Source: an uncultured Pelagibacteraceae bacterium (lineage in GTDB: Bacteria; Pseudomonadota; Alphaproteobacteria; Pelagibacterales; Pelagibacteraceae). From it: a stretch of DNA of 64,000 nt. The notes under the pieces are model-generated. The model did no database searches, was not told where the DNA came from, and saw only the letters and a list, made by a program, of their open reading frames with translations. Below, in pieces: positions 1-12,911 of this stretch. How positions within the stretch are numbered: position 1 is the first letter of the stretch; each line of letters starts with the position of its first letter. Made by a program: the position numbers and the translations under genes. The DNA is taken from assembly GCA_902529105.1 (NCBI GenBank), contig CABZUW010000003.1, positions 31,825 through 95,824 of the forward strand, written 5' to 3'.

Positions 1-2
1 AT

Positions 3-1319
<1,317 letters not shown>

Positions 1320-1320
1320 A

Positions 1321-2598
1321 ATGGATTTTATTCATAGTTCAAGTAATTACTTTTTAAATAAGTCTACATACGTAAATTTAAGATGGATAGGAATAATTGG
1401 TCAATTCTTGACAATAAATATAGTTGCATTCATATTTAAGTTTGAATTTAATTATATTTTATCAAACATTATTGTAATATTTGGCGCCATCAGTAATATT
1501 TTTTTAATTAATTACAACAGAAGCACCCAACTATCTAATAAAATTTCTTTTTATTATTTACTGATAGATATTTTTCAATTAAGCCTTTTGTTATATTTAA
1601 CAGGGGGAGTATTAAATCCATTTTCTGTATTTTTAATAATACCAAGTGTTTTCGCCTCATCAAACCTTAATATTAAAACAAATTTAATATTAATTTTAGT
1701 AACAATTTTATCAATTTCAATTTTGACGTTATACCACAAAGAGTTACCTTACCCATTGAATGACTATAAATTAAGTGATTATTATTATTACTCAATACCT
1801 TTAGGTTTGATAATAGCTTTAATTTTTTTAAACTACTTTGCAGTAATATTTGGTAAAGAAAACAGAATAAGGAAAAATGCTTTAGATAAGATCCAAGAAG
1901 TTATTTCTAAAGAACATGTGCTTGTTTCTTTAGGAGGACAGGCAGCAGCAGCGGCACATTCTCTTGGTACACCATTATCAACTATAAAAGTGATATCTAA
2001 AGAATTAGATAAATCATTTGGTAAAAATTTAGATCATAGAAAAGATATTGAACTTTTGATTAGCCAAGTAGATAGGTGCGAAAATATACTAAAAAAACTT
2101 ACAATTGATCCATTTGTAAAAGATGATTTTATTAATCAAAACCTCAGTTTAGCAGATTATGTTAATGAAATAATAAAATCTTTTGAGGAAATATCTAAGA
2201 AAGTTTTTGTAGTAAATCTTGAACAAGATTCAAATCCATTTCAAATAACTAAATCAATTGAGCTTGTATATGGTATTAGAAATTTTATAGGTAATGCAAA
2301 TAAATTTGCAAATAAAAAAATTTTTGTAACAATCAAAAGCGATAGTGAGATTTCTGAAATAATTATTGAGGATGATGGACCTGGTTACCCTAAAGATGTG
2401 ATAAATAAAATTGGAGAACCATATAATAAATCTCAAGTAAAAGAATATTCAACTAAGTCTGGACTTGGACTTGGTATTTTTATTGGAAAGACACTTTTGG
2501 AAAAAAACTTAGCTAATATAATTTTCAGAAATTCAGAGACTAGATCAGGAGCAGAAGTAAATATAGCTTGGAATAATAAGGATTTAAAACGGATTTAA
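1321..2598 (+). CDS. regB: RegB/PrrB/ActS redox-sensing histidine kinase
   Basis: LRW at TM1, TGGVLNPF quinone-binding motif, [13 protein letters not shown]-box, DRC cysteine, DDGPG and GLGLG boxes. Confidence 0.92.
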   Translation: MDFIHSSSNYFLNKSTYVNLRWIGIIGQFLTINIVAFIFKFEFNYILSNIIVIFGAISNIFLINYNRSTQLSNKISFYYLLIDIFQLSLLLYLTGGVLNPFSVFLIIPSVFASSNLNIKTNLILILVTILSISILTLYHKELPYPLNDYKLSDYYYYSIPLGLIIALIFLNYFAVIFGKENRIRKNALDKIQEVISKEHVLVSLGGQAAAAAHSLGTPLSTIKVISKELDKSFGKNLDHRKDIELLISQVDRCENILKKLTIDPFVKDDFINQNLSLADYVNEIIKSFEEISKKVFVVNLEQDSNPFQITKSIELVYGIRNFIGNANKFANKKIFVTIKSDSEISEIIIEDDGPGYPKDVINKIGEPYNKSQVKEYSTKSGLGLGIFIGKTLLEKNLANIIFRNSETRSGAEVNIAWNNKDLKRI

Positions 2599-4382
2599 TT
2601 TAAAACTTTGTCTTTTTCAAACAAAGTGCTTAATTGATTTATCATGACATCTCCCAACTCATTTACATCTGAAATTTTTATTGCTCTATTATAATATCTT
2701 GAAACATCATGACCTATTCCAATTGCTAAAATCTCAACATCTTCCTTGCTTTCAATTAATTTTACCATTTTTTTTAAATGTTTTTCTAAATAATCTCCTG
2801 AGTTAACAGACAATGTAGAATCATCAACAGGCGCCCCATCTGAAATTACCATTAAGATTTTTCTCTCCTCACCTCTTTTCTGAAGTCTGTTATAAGCCCA
2901 ATTTATTGCCTCTCCATCTATATTTTCTTTAAGCAATCCCTCTTTTAACATTAAGCCTAAATTATTTTTAGATCTTCTCCAATGGTTGTCAGCTGACTTA
3001 TATATAATATGTCTTAAATCATTTAACCTACCAGGATTTTTAATTTTACCCTTTTTTGTCCAATCCTCTCGACTTTGTCCACCCTTCCAGTTCTTTGTTG
3101 TAAAACCCAATACCTCAACTTTTACAGAACATCTTTCTAAAGTTCTTGATAAAATGTCTGCACATAACGCTGCGATTGTAATAGGTCTTCCACGCATAGA
3201 CCCTGAGTTATCAATTAAAATTGTTACTATAGTATCTTTAAATTCTAAATCTTTTTCCTTTTTAAAAGACAAGGAGTTATATGGATCAATAACCACTCTA
3301 GTTAACTTAGAGCTATCTAACAAACCTTCCTCTAAATCAAACTCCCAAGATCTATTTTGTTTTGCTAGAAGTTGCCTTTGTAATTTATTTGCAAGTTTAG
3401 TTACCAAATCTTTAAAACTCAAAAGTTGTTGGTCAAGGTTTTTTCTCAATTTTGAAATTTCTTCGTTGTTTTCTAACTTTTCAGCTCTAGATATCTCATC
3501 AAAGTTATTAGTATATATTTTGTATTCTTTTTCATCTTTAATAATATTTAATTTTTGTGATATATTTTTAGAAGAATTATCAACATTTTCGTCGATATCC
3601 AATTGTTCATCAATTCTAAATTCAGACACGTCACTTTCAAATTCCATACTGCTTGAATTTTGTTCATCAGATGTGTCTTTATTGTTATCCTCTTTTTCAT
3701 TATCATTTATAGAATTATCTTGTTGTTTATCTTTCTCCTCCTCACTATTTTGGCTCGTGTCATCATCAATGTCTTCTAAATTTAACTCATTTACTAATTC
3801 TGAAAATTTCGAATTGAAAATCTCTTGATTATTTATATTTTCGATTAAGTATTTTTTATGTTTTTTTATTGTATTATTAAATTTTGTCTCCCAATAATTT
3901 AATATTTTTTGACTGTTGGAATTAAGTTTGATATTTAAAAAATTCTTTATCATGTAAAGCTCAAAGGCTTTTGATACCGGGGCATCTTTGATTGTATCGA
4001 TCTTCAATTTATTATTTAAATTGATTTTGCGGTCGTAATAATTATTAATATTTTTATTAATACCAAGGTACATTCCCATTCCAATAAACTCACACCTTAT
4101 TTTCTCTGCAATTTTATACAAAGCTATTTGTTTGTTTTTTTGAGGTAAATTATTATTTAAAATTTCTACATCTGAGTAACCTTGTTTCAATGCTTTTGAA
4201 TCAAATTCTGCTCTAAGATTATCAAAGTTCTTTAATATAATCTCATTTTTTTGGCTTATAAGCTCTGTAGCTTTTTTATCGAAGTCTTCTAATTTGTCTT
4301 TGTTAAATTTTAATGAAATTACTTTAAAAGTGCTTATTAAAGCATTTTTTATTTTTTCCCTTAAAATCTCATCTCTTTTCAT
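2595..4382 (-). CDS. cobT: CobT-family VWA protein
   Basis: Acidic linker, [27 protein letters not shown] motif, [19 protein letters not shown]. Confidence 0.9.
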   Translation of the reverse strand: MKRDEILREKIKNALISTFKVISLKFNKDKLEDFDKKATELISQKNEIILKNFDNLRAEFDSKALKQGYSDVEILNNNLPQKNKQIALYKIAEKIRCEFIGMGMYLGINKNINNYYDRKINLNNKLKIDTIKDAPVSKAFELYMIKNFLNIKLNSNSQKILNYWETKFNNTIKKHKKYLIENINNQEIFNSKFSELVNELNLEDIDDDTSQNSEEEKDKQQDNSINDNEKEDNNKDTSDEQNSSSMEFESDVSEFRIDEQLDIDENVDNSSKNISQKLNIIKDEKEYKIYTNNFDEISRAEKLENNEEISKLRKNLDQQLLSFKDLVTKLANKLQRQLLAKQNRSWEFDLEEGLLDSSKLTRVVIDPYNSLSFKKEKDLEFKDTIVTILIDNSGSMRGRPITIAALCADILSRTLERCSVKVEVLGFTTKNWKGGQSREDWTKKGKIKNPGRLNDLRHIIYKSADNHWRRSKNNLGLMLKEGLLKENIDGEAINWAYNRLQKRGEERKILMVISDGAPVDDSTLSVNSGDYLEKHLKKMVKLIESKEDVEILAIGIGHDVSRYYNRAIKISDVNELGDVMINQLSTLFEKDKVLN

Positions 4383-5356
4383 TTATCTTGATTATTTTTT
4401 AATGACTCTGGCAGGTCATCCCCAAAACATCTTTGATAATATTCTGCAATTATATTTTTCTCAGTTTCATCGCATTTATTTAAAAATGTTACTCTAAATG
4501 CATACCCGATATTTTTAAATATATCTGAATTATTACACCAATTGAGTACAGTTCGAGGACTCATTACGGTTGAAATATCACCTGACATAAATCCCTTTCT
4601 AGTTAAAGAGGCTACCTTAATCATATTTTTCACCTTTTCTTTTCCTGACTCATTATTTAAGTTTTTATTTTTAGATAAAATTATTTCTAATTCTTTTTCT
4701 GGATTCAAGTAGTTTAGAGTGGTTACAATTTCCCATCTATCTAGCTGTGCTTGGTTTATTTGTTGAGTTCCAGTGTAAAGTCCAGTTGTGTCCCCTAAGC
4801 CTATGGTATTGGCTGTAGCAAATAATCTAAAATACTTATTCTGTTTTACAACTTTGTTTCTATCCAAAAGAGTAAAATTTCCGTCACTTTCCAAAATTCT
4901 TTGTAAAACAAACATTACGTCACTTCTGCCAGCATCATATTCGTCAAAAATTAAAGCAACTGGATTTTGATAAGACCAAGGAAGTATACCCTCTTTAAAT
5001 TCAGTTATCTGCTTTCCATCTTTAAGTGTAATTGCATCCTTTCCTATAAGATCAATTCTGCTGATATGGGAATCTAAATTTATTCTAACGCATGGCCAAT
5101 TTAATCTAGCTGCTACCTGCGTGATATGTGTACTTTTTCCAGTTCCGTGATAACCGTGTACTATCACTTTTTTATTGTGTGAAAAACCATTTAAAATTGC
5201 TAAAGTTGTGTCTCTATCAAATACATAATCTTTATCTATTTCAGGAACCAATTCGTTCCTTTCTGAAAATGCATCAACTTCTAGGTCGGTATCAATTCCG
5301 AATGTTTGTTTAATTGATATTTTTATATCTGGTTCTTTTTTAAGATTTTCAATCAA
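4379..5356 (-). CDS. cobS: CobS-family AAA+ ATPase
   Basis: [10 protein letters not shown] Walker A, FDEYDAGR Walker [18 protein letters not shown]; adjacent to cobT. Confidence 0.92.
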   Translation of the reverse strand: MIENLKKEPDIKISIKQTFGIDTDLEVDAFSERNELVPEIDKDYVFDRDTTLAILNGFSHNKKVIVHGYHGTGKSTHITQVAARLNWPCVRINLDSHISRIDLIGKDAITLKDGKQITEFKEGILPWSYQNPVALIFDEYDAGRSDVMFVLQRILESDGNFTLLDRNKVVKQNKYFRLFATANTIGLGDTTGLYTGTQQINQAQLDRWEIVTTLNYLNPEKELEIILSKNKNLNNESGKEKVKNMIKVASLTRKGFMSGDISTVMSPRTVLNWCNNSDIFKNIGYAFRVTFLNKCDETEKNIIAEYYQRCFGDDLPESLKNNQDK

Positions 5357-5873
5357 TTTTTTTCCTATAAGCGTTTTTTAGTTGAGTATAAGCTAGTGTA
5401 ATGACTTTAAGTTTATCCTCAAAATTTTTGTTTCCTGAATTCATATCAGGGTGAAATTTTTTGACAAGTTTTTTAAATCTTTTATTTATACTATCCCATT
5501 TTACTCCAACATTAAGACCTAAAATTTTAAAAGACTTTAGGTCATTTTGATTAAATCTAAATTGTCTCATGTTGTCAAAACTTGGATCTACCTCTCTATC
5601 TACCCCCTCATTTTTAAGGGCATTATTCCACAATACTTTAAAAAAATTATCTGATGAGCTGAAACTTTGGGTTGGTTTATGCCAAGTAAGATCAGATTTA
5701 ATAAAGTCAAATATCTGTTGGTCATCCATGCCTCTAAAATAATTCCAATTTTTATTAAACTCTCTAATATGTTCTAAGCATAATAGTCTATATTTTCTGC
5801 TATTATCTCTCTCAACTGGAGCTTTATATTCACCAGGTTTATTACAGCTATTCCAATCACAGATATTTTTCAT
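5349..5873 (-). CDS. J-domain (DnaJ-family) protein
   Basis: C-terminal J domain with HPD; N-terminal C..C..CLEH..WNYF typical of the alphaproteobacterial cobS-linked family. Confidence 0.85.
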   Translation of the reverse strand: MKNICDWNSCNKPGEYKAPVERDNSRKYRLLCLEHIREFNKNWNYFRGMDDQQIFDFIKSDLTWHKPTQSFSSSDNFFKVLWNNALKNEGVDREVDPSFDNMRQFRFNQNDLKSFKILGLNVGVKWDSINKRFKKLVKKFHPDMNSGNKNFEDKLKVITLAYTQLKNAYRKKID

Positions 5874-5893
5874 ATATAATAAATTTATATAAT

Positions 5894-6154
5894 ATGGATA
5901 TAAATCAACTTTCTAGAATAGTAAAAAAAAAAATAAAAAAAGGTATTGAAGTGCAAAAAATAATCATAGAAGACAAAACATATTTACATTTAAACCATTC
6001 TGGACACGACAAAAAAAAATTTCATATCAAAATTTCAATTGAATCAAATTATCTCAACAAAATGGATAGAATTAAAAGATCAAAAATAGTTTATAATTTA
6101 ATAAATAATGAATTAAAAAACTATATTCATTCGATTCAATTAAATATTATTTAA
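5894..6154 (+). CDS. bolA: BolA-family protein
   Basis: H..H.GH, HIKISIES, IHSIQL motifs; bolA-dnaJ-cobS synteny. Confidence 0.8.
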   Translation: MDINQLSRIVKKKIKKGIEVQKIIIEDKTYLHLNHSGHDKKKFHIKISIESNYLNKMDRIKRSKIVYNLINNELKNYIHSIQLNII

Positions 6155-7252
6155 GTTCTCGTAGAAGAATTTTTTTATTTTTTTTTGATTGTATGAATTT
6201 TTTATTGATGCTTTTCCAATTCTATTTAATAAAACTAAATTAATATTTGAGTTATTATTTTTTTTGTCATTTTTCATATAATTTATTAATTTATTAATAT
6301 CTGTTAATTTAAAAAACTTTTTTAGCTTTAAATTAAAATTTAAATTTAATATATTTTGATTAATTCTTTTAAAATCATTTAAAGATAACTTTTTTTCTTT
6401 TAAACTGAATAAAATTGCAGTTTTTATTCCAAGCATTACTCCTTCCCCGTGATTTAAAATATTTTTGTATCCACAAGCAGCTTCATAAGCGTGACCAAAC
6501 GTATGACCAAGATTCAATATCATTCGTAAATTTTTCTCTTTTTCATCTTTTTGAACAATACTTTTTTTGATTTTACAACTTTCTAAAATTGCTTTCTTCA
6601 GAACTTTTTTTTCTAATGATAAAATTTTTTTATGAAATTTTTCTAAAAAAAGAAAATTTTGTTTGCTATATACTAGACTATGCTTAAATATTTCAGCGTA
6701 TCCACAAATTAATTCTTTTTTACTTAAAGACTTAAGATAATTTGTATCAGCTATAACTATATTTGGCTGATAAAAGGATCCGATTAAATTTTTACCATAA
6801 ATTTTATGATTAACTCCTGTTTTACCACCTATACTCGCATCTACTTGAGCTAATAAAGTTGTAGGGATGTTAATAAATTTAATACCTCTTTTATAAATAC
6901 TAGAGACGAAACCTGATAAATCTCCTGTAATTCCACCACCTAATGAAATAATACAGTCTTGTCTAGTAAAATTATTTTTTAATAGTTTGCTAATTATTTT
7001 ATTAACAGTATTAAAACTTTTAGCTTTTTCGTTAGAGACAAACTTATATTTGAATACTTCTTTTTGTTTCAATTTTAATATTATTTTAGAAACCTCATTA
7101 ATTCTGATTTTCGAGTCATAAATAATTAAAGCTTTATTAAAAAAAATCTTTTCATTATTAAGAATTGTATTTATTTTATTAGAAAAATTTGATCCAATAT
7201 AAATAGAATACTTACTTGTTGAAGTTTGAATTTTTAATTTACTGTATTTCAT
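6140..7252 (-). CDS. aroB: 3-dehydroquinate synthase
   Basis: GGGITGDL, PTTLLAQVDASIGGKTG, LNLGHTFGHA, HGE. Confidence 0.96.
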   Translation of the reverse strand: MKYSKLKIQTSTSKYSIYIGSNFSNKINTILNNEKIFFNKALIIYDSKIRINEVSKIILKLKQKEVFKYKFVSNEKAKSFNTVNKIISKLLKNNFTRQDCIISLGGGITGDLSGFVSSIYKRGIKFINIPTTLLAQVDASIGGKTGVNHKIYGKNLIGSFYQPNIVIADTNYLKSLSKKELICGYAEIFKHSLVYSKQNFLFLEKFHKKILSLEKKVLKKAILESCKIKKSIVQKDEKEKNLRMILNLGHTFGHAYEAACGYKNILNHGEGVMLGIKTAILFSLKEKKLSLNDFKRINQNILNLNFNLKLKKFFKLTDINKLINYMKNDKKNNNSNINLVLLNRIGKASIKNSYNQKKIKKFFYENLNNI

Positions 7253-7751
7253 ATTTTTTTATTATTTCATCAGCAATCTCTTTCTTGTTTAAATTTTCGC
7301 AAATAATTCTGTGAGTTGCATGTTTATAATGCTTTTGCCTTTGATTGATCATATCTTTTAAATCTAACTTTGACAAATGTCGTGCCAAGGGTCTTTTATC
7401 ATTTTTAAATATTCTTTTTATAATAGTATCATCCTTCCAATCTAACCAAAAAGAGATACATTTTATTTGAATTTTTTTTCTTAAATTTATTTTTAAAAAT
7501 CCACCACCACCTAAAGATATTACTTTGTTATCTAAATTTATAGATTTTAAAATTATTGTTTCCTCTAATTTCCTAAAGTAGTTTTCACCTTTAATATCGA
7601 ATATTTTTTTGATAGAAATTTCCTCATATTTTTCTATTTCAAAATCAGTATCAATAAACTCAAAATCCAATTTTTTTGATATTATATTGCCAATTGTCGA
7701 TTTTCCTGATCCCATCATACCGACTAAAACTAGATTTTTTTTCGTTTTCAT
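7239..7751 (-). CDS. aroK: Shikimate kinase (start moved to ATG 7751)
   Basis: GMMGSGKST, GENYFR, SLGGG, RPL; upstream of aroB. Confidence 0.94.
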   Translation of the reverse strand: MKTKKNLVLVGMMGSGKSTIGNIISKKLDFEFIDTDFEIEKYEEISIKKIFDIKGENYFRKLEETIILKSINLDNKVISLGGGGFLKINLRKKIQIKCISFWLDWKDDTIIKRIFKNDKRPLARHLSKLDLKDMINQRQKHYKHATHRIICENLNKKEIADEIIKKYEIQ

Positions 7752-7807
7752 AATCTTCTGTATTGAAAAAACACAAATTTGTCTTAATTTGAAAATATTT
7801 AATTTAT

Positions 7808-7993
7808 ATGCAATTTCAAAAAAAAACAAGAGCTGGTAACTTCGGAGCGTTTGGTAAAATATTTATCAAAATAATTCTTGTTTTGGTAGTTTTATATATA
7901 GCAGTGATTTTAGTAGATAAAATTGATTTCCCGTCTCCAAATAAGGTAATAGAAAAAAAAATACCAAATGAAAATTTTAAAGTCGTTAAATAG
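7808..7993 (+). CDS. Small single-pass membrane protein
   Basis: 61-aa ORF with one hydrophobic helix; divergent from aroK, overlaps next gene. Confidence 0.6.
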   Translation: MQFQKKTRAGNFGAFGKIFIKIILVLVVLYIAVILVDKIDFPSPNKVIEKKIPNENFKVVK

Positions 7994-9710
7994 AATTTTT
8001 TTATTATTATCTTTTGTTTTATTATTCAATATAAGTTCATTTTCTAACGAACCAGTCGATATTTGGAATTTAGATAATAATATTGAAGATAACACCGATT
8101 TAGATGTTCAGTCTCTGGAACAAGATGAAATAACGTTAAATAAAACTATATCGAAAAAAAAAAAAGACGATGACATTTTAAATTTTGAAAATTTAGAAAA
8201 TCCAAAAACTACTTTAGTTGGACTATACGATCCTCAAGAAAATAATTTAACAATTGATATGTGGAAGTACTCTGATTCTGACCAAGTAAAAAATTTAATA
8301 AAAAAAATAGAGAAAATTAATCTATCAGGTGATGCTATTGAAATTTTAAACATAGCTTTATTGACTAATGCTTACCCCCCGAAAAACTTAAATGAAAATC
8401 AAGAATTTACAAACTTTAAAATTAATTATCTTATTAAAAGAGAAGATATGAAATTAATTAAAAGTTTTTTGTTAAAAAATGAAACAATAAATAATAATAA
8501 AGTTGTTGAATTTTACTTAGATTATCATCTTAAAAATGGAAAACTTGGCGAGTCTTGCAAACTCATAAGTCAATTAAAATTTAAATCTACAAATGACTAT
8601 ATAGATAAATTCAAAATTTATTGTTTAATTAAATTAAAAAAAAATGAAGAAGCACAAATTTACTTTGATCTAAAAAAAGAACAAGGATTTAAAGATAAAT
8701 TTTTTGAGTCAAAGTTTAATTACCTTATGGGTTATAGTGGCAAAAGTATTGAGGAAATTTCAGAAAAAAACGTTCTGGATTTTCATCTTTCACATGTAAC
8801 ATCAGGAAATTTTAATTATACTGCTAATGAAAAAACACCAAAATTTATCTGGAAATATCTTTCATCAAATAATCTTTTAGAAAATATAAAAGAAATTGAC
8901 TTGGAAGATGAAAAAAAAATTATTACATTAGAGAAAGCAACTCACGAAAAAAATTATTCAGAAAAAGAGCTTCTACAACTTTATAAAAGATTTGACTTTA
9001 GTTTATCCCAGTTATTAGATGCAAATAACCTTTACAATAAATTACCAAATTTTCAAGCGAGAGCACTTTTATATCAAAGACTTCTATTGTCTGATGAACC
9101 AATTAATAAAGTTAACCTTGCAATGAAAATGAAAAGCTTGTTTAAAAAAGACAATATAGAAAATGCATTTGTCATAGAATTATCTAATATTTTAAAGGAA
9201 ATTGAATTTGATGATATTTCTTCAAGTCAAACAACATTTTATGAAAAAAATATAATAAGTGAAAAAAAAATACAAAAAACGTACAATATAAACAACAAAA
9301 TAATTCATCAATCAAAGTTAATAGATTATTTTGTAAAAGATTATAGTATTGATAAAGCCACTAAGGATACAAATGATATATTAAAAAAAGTTAAAGCAAA
9401 TAAAAATTACATTTTTTCAAACAAAGATAAAATAATGTTAGACTCTTTAATTTATGATGGTGTGGATATTCAAAAAAAATATGCAAATTTATACGAGAGA
9501 AACCCTAACATCCCTACTGATTTACAAGTATATATAAATAATGAAGATGTAGGAATGATTTTACTTAGATTAGTTGAAATTATAGGAGAAGATAACCTCG
9601 AAGATTTGGGTACCGAAACACTATATTTTATAACTACAACACTAAATGAGATTAACCTTGATAAATTACGCAATAATATTTTGATTAAAACTTTACCTTT
9701 GAAAGTCTAG
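7968..9710 (+). CDS. Hypothetical exported protein
   Basis: 580-aa ORF with N-terminal signal peptide (PVDIW after the likely cleavage site); no recognisable catalytic motif. Confidence 0.75.
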   Translation: MKILKSLNRIFLLLSFVLLFNISSFSNEPVDIWNLDNNIEDNTDLDVQSLEQDEITLNKTISKKKKDDDILNFENLENPKTTLVGLYDPQENNLTIDMWKYSDSDQVKNLIKKIEKINLSGDAIEILNIALLTNAYPPKNLNENQEFTNFKINYLIKREDMKLIKSFLLKNETINNNKVVEFYLDYHLKNGKLGESCKLISQLKFKSTNDYIDKFKIYCLIKLKKNEEAQIYFDLKKEQGFKDKFFESKFNYLMGYSGKSIEEISEKNVLDFHLSHVTSGNFNYTANEKTPKFIWKYLSSNNLLENIKEIDLEDEKKIITLEKATHEKNYSEKELLQLYKRFDFSLSQLLDANNLYNKLPNFQARALLYQRLLLSDEPINKVNLAMKMKSLFKKDNIENAFVIELSNILKEIEFDDISSSQTTFYEKNIISEKKIQKTYNINNKIIHQSKLIDYFVKDYSIDKATKDTNDILKKVKANKNYIFSNKDKIMLDSLIYDGVDIQKKYANLYERNPNIPTDLQVYINNEDVGMILLRLVEIIGEDNLEDLGTETLYFITTTLNEINLDKLRNNILIKTLPLKV

Positions 9711-9716
9711 AAATAT

Positions 9717-10241
9717 ATGTCAATCAAAGAAATTATTACTGTACCCGACCCTATACTTAAAAAAATATCTTCACCAATAGAAAAGATTAGCATTAATGAA
9801 AAAAAATTAATAAAAGATTTAAAAGATACTATGTATAACGCTAATGGTATTGGTTTGGCAGCAATTCAAATAGGTATACCTAAAAGAATTGTCATAGTTG
9901 ATGTAACAAAAGAAGATGAAAAAAAGAATCTACACTGTCTTATTAACCCCAAAATTAAAAAGTTTAGTGATGACAGATCTTCATATGAAGAAGGATGTCT
10001 GTCCATACCTAATACCTTTATACAGATAGAAAGACCGAGAGAAATTGAAATAGAATATATTGATGAATATGGAAAAAAAAAAATTATGCAATGTAGCGGT
10101 CTTTTGTCAACGTGTATTCAACACGAAGTTCAACATTGTGATGGTATTTTAATAATTGATTATTTATCAAAACTTAAAAAAGATTTAATTATAAAAAAAA
10201 TTTCGAAAGAAGTTTCAAATAATAATAAAATAATAGTTTAA
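9717..10241 (+). CDS. def: Peptide deformylase
   Basis: GIGLAAIQ, EGCLS, QHEVQH. Confidence 0.96.
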   Translation: MSIKEIITVPDPILKKISSPIEKISINEKKLIKDLKDTMYNANGIGLAAIQIGIPKRIVIVDVTKEDEKKNLHCLINPKIKKFSDDRSSYEEGCLSIPNTFIQIERPREIEIEYIDEYGKKKIMQCSGLLSTCIQHEVQHCDGILIIDYLSKLKKDLIIKKISKEVSNNNKIIV

Positions 10242-11158
10242 TGCGTAAAGTAATTTTCTTAGGTACTCCAAAATTCGCAGTACCTATCCTGGATAGAATA
10301 ATTAAAAATGAATTAGAAATAATATGTGTATTTACTCAGCCTCCAAAAAAATCAAATAGAGGTCAAAAAATTTTAAAATCTCCTGTACATAATTATGCAG
10401 AAAAATTTAATTTAAAAATTAAAACTCCAGAAAATTTAAAAAAAGAGGAAAATTTTATAAAAACCACTGAATTTGATTTAGGTATAGTTGTTGCATATGG
10501 TCAAATTATTCCTGAGTCTATACTAGAAAGCTGTAAACTAGGATTTATTAATATTCATGCATCTTTGCTGCCAAAATATAGAGGGGCAGCACCTATTCAA
10601 CGCTCTTTGATTAACCTTGAAAAATTTACTGGGATAAGTTTTATGAAATTAAATAATGTTTTAGACAGTGGTCCTATTTTCAATCAATATAAGATTCCAA
10701 TTAATAAAACTGATAACAGCGAAACATTATCCAAAAAATTAAGCGAACTAAGTGCAGAAAAAATTACTCAAAATATTGAATTAATATTTTCAAAAAAAGC
10801 AACATTTGTAGATCAGATACACAATGAAGCCAGTTATGCTGAAAAAATAAATAAAATAGAGGGTAAAATTAATTGGAATGAAAGTGCACTAAATATTCTA
10901 GGTAAAATAAATGGTCTTTTTCCAAATCCTGGTGCTTGGTTTGAATTTAAAAAGGAAAGATATAAAATTATCAAATCTGAGCTATCTGAATCAACCGGAA
11001 AACCTGGAGAGGTAATAGATGATTTATTAACAGTAGCTTGTGGAAAAAATTCAATCAGAATACTAGAAATTCAGAGACAAGGAAAAAAGGTTCAAAATAC
11101 TAGTACTTTTCTTTTAGGTAGTAAAATTAAAAAAGGAGTGTCACTTAAGCGTGAATAA
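10241..11158 (+). CDS. fmt: Methionyl-tRNA formyltransferase
   Basis: GTPKFA, VVAYG, NIHASLLPKYRGAAPIQ. Confidence 0.97.
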   Translation: MRKVIFLGTPKFAVPILDRIIKNELEIICVFTQPPKKSNRGQKILKSPVHNYAEKFNLKIKTPENLKKEENFIKTTEFDLGIVVAYGQIIPESILESCKLGFINIHASLLPKYRGAAPIQRSLINLEKFTGISFMKLNNVLDSGPIFNQYKIPINKTDNSETLSKKLSELSAEKITQNIELIFSKKATFVDQIHNEASYAEKINKIEGKINWNESALNILGKINGLFPNPGAWFEFKKERYKIIKSELSESTGKPGEVIDDLLTVACGKNSIRILEIQRQGKKVQNTSTFLLGSKIKKGVSLKRE

Positions 11159-11891
11159 ATACCAAATATTATTGGAGTATGTTGGAACAAAGTATGTTGG
11201 ATGGCAGTCTCAAAAAAATGGCAGATCAATTCAAAATACTGTTCAATTATATTTGTCAAAATTATTAAAAAAAAAAATTACTATCTACGGAGCTGGAAGA
11301 ACAGACTCAGGCGTACATGCAATTGAGCAATCTGCACATTTTTATTATAAAGAAAAACTTACGAATATTCCAAAATTAATTAAATCTTTAAACTTTTTTT
11401 TAAATAAAAAAGAAATCTCTATTTTGATCATAAAAAAAAAAAATATAAATTTTCATGCTAGGCATAGCGCAAAAGAAAGAACTTACAATTATTTAATAAG
11501 AAATAGCATATCTCAATCAGTAATTAATATGAAACGTGAATGGCACTTAATTAAAAATTTAGATGTTGGCATAATGAAAAAAGGTGCAAAAAAATTTCTT
11601 GGAACTCATGATTTTTCCACATATAGATCTTCAAGTTGTGATGCCACAAACCCAATCAAAACAATTAAAAAGTTTACAATAAAAAAAAATAAAACTTTAA
11701 TTTCCATCGATATTGTTTCAAAATCTTTCTTAAAAAGTCAAGTCAGATCGATGGTTGGTTGTCTTAAATACCTTGGTGAAAAAAAATGGACATTAAAGAA
11801 ATTCGAAAAAGTTCTTAAATCAAAAAATAGAAAACTTTGCGCACCACTTGCTCCGCCTCATGGTCTTTATTTAAAAAAAGTTATTTACTAG
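11151..11891 (+). CDS. truA: tRNA pseudouridine(38-40) synthase
   Basis: GWQ, GAGRTDSGVHA, FHAR, APPHGLYL. Confidence 0.96.
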   Translation: MNKYQILLEYVGTKYVGWQSQKNGRSIQNTVQLYLSKLLKKKITIYGAGRTDSGVHAIEQSAHFYYKEKLTNIPKLIKSLNFFLNKKEISILIIKKKNINFHARHSAKERTYNYLIRNSISQSVINMKREWHLIKNLDVGIMKKGAKKFLGTHDFSTYRSSSCDATNPIKTIKKFTIKKNKTLISIDIVSKSFLKSQVRSMVGCLKYLGEKKWTLKKFEKVLKSKNRKLCAPLAPPHGLYLKKVIY

Positions 11892-12345
11892 TTCTTTTTC
11901 TAAACTTTTTATTAATTCTCCACCTAGAGCCCTCACGGACTATATACCCGCAACAATTCATAGCTCCACACTTACAAGGAAATTGTTTATAATCTTCATC
12001 ATAACCAAATCCATAGTCATATGATAATTCCTCACCTTGTTTTATATCTTTTATTGATGAAATCCATAATTTTAGTCCTTTACCATCAACCTCACAATTT
12101 GGATCACATGAGTGATTAATAAGTCTAGCAGTGTTATAGGAAAAATTTCCATCTAAATCATATCTATTATTTAAATTGTAAAGATAAATTGCTTTATTAT
12201 TATCGAATTTTGGGTTTCTCTCTGTTTCTTTTTTTGTAATTATTTTTCCAACGTAGTTAATAATCCTTGTTCCCTTTTTAATATCTTTATTAGCAAATAA
12301 GCCTTTATTATTAATTTTTGAATAACCAATTTTATATAATTTCAT
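11881..12345 (-). CDS. SET-domain protein-lysine methyltransferase
   Basis: GLFA, RLINHSCDPN, ELSYDY, post-SET CKCGAMNC. Confidence 0.92.
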   Translation of the reverse strand: MKLYKIGYSKINNKGLFANKDIKKGTRIINYVGKIITKKETERNPKFDNNKAIYLYNLNNRYDLDGNFSYNTARLINHSCDPNCEVDGKGLKLWISSIKDIKQGEELSYDYGFGYDEDYKQFPCKCGAMNCCGYIVREGSRWRINKKFRKRTSK

Positions 12346-12347
12346 AA

Positions 12348-12911
12348 TTAGTCTTTTTCAGTGAGAGCCATTACATGATTATATGCACTTTCAGCAAGTG
12401 CGTTAAGGTCATACCCACCTTCTAGTACAGATATAACTTTACCTTTCGTAAACTGATTAGTTGCTTTAAGGGTTCTTTTAGTAATCTCGTAAAAATCTTC
12501 AGATCTTAACTCAAACTGACCTAGGGGATCAGCAATATTTGCATCAAAGCCCATACTAAAAATTAAAAATTCAGGTTTAAATTCAACTAGTTTTTCTAAA
12601 ACTCTATCCAAAGCATTCATATATTTCTCAGATGTAGTCCCGGCAGGAAGAGGTACATTGAAAATATTATTGTGCTTACCTTTTTCTTTTTCACTTCCAG
12701 TACCCGGATAAAATGGATATTGGTGGGTAGATAAATATAAAACGTTTTTACTATCATAAAAAATATCACTAGTGCCGTTACCGTGATGTATATCTGGATC
12801 AAATATTGCAATTTTTTTGTATTTATATTTCTCTATTAGGTAATGAGCAGCAACTGCACAATTATTATAAATACAAAAACCCATTGCTTTATTTTTTTCT
12901 GCATGATGTCC
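12348..12911 (-). CDS. Histone-deacetylase-family protein, C-terminal segment of an interrupted gene
   Basis: Frame reads GHHAEKNKAMGFCIYNN from 12911; DIHHGNGT, STHQ, GFDA..DP and EGGY motifs are intact. Confidence 0.88.
   Translation of the reverse strand, partial: GHHAEKNKAMGFCIYNNCAVAAHYLIEKYKYKKIAIFDPDIHHGNGTSDIFYDSKNVLYLSTHQYPFYPGTGSEKEKGKHNNIFNVPLPAGTTSEKYMNALDRVLEKLVEFKPEFLIFSMGFDANIADPLGQFELRSEDFYEITKRTLKATNQFTKGKVISVLEGGYDLNALAESAYNHVMALTEKD

Noticed and set aside
2986-3828. 280-aa plus-strand ORF and other antisense ORFs (e.g. 53085-53690, 16456-16950, 54921-55295, 12806-13066)
   Set aside because: Antisense shadows of well-supported genes, Ser/Leu/Phe-rich and without motifs.
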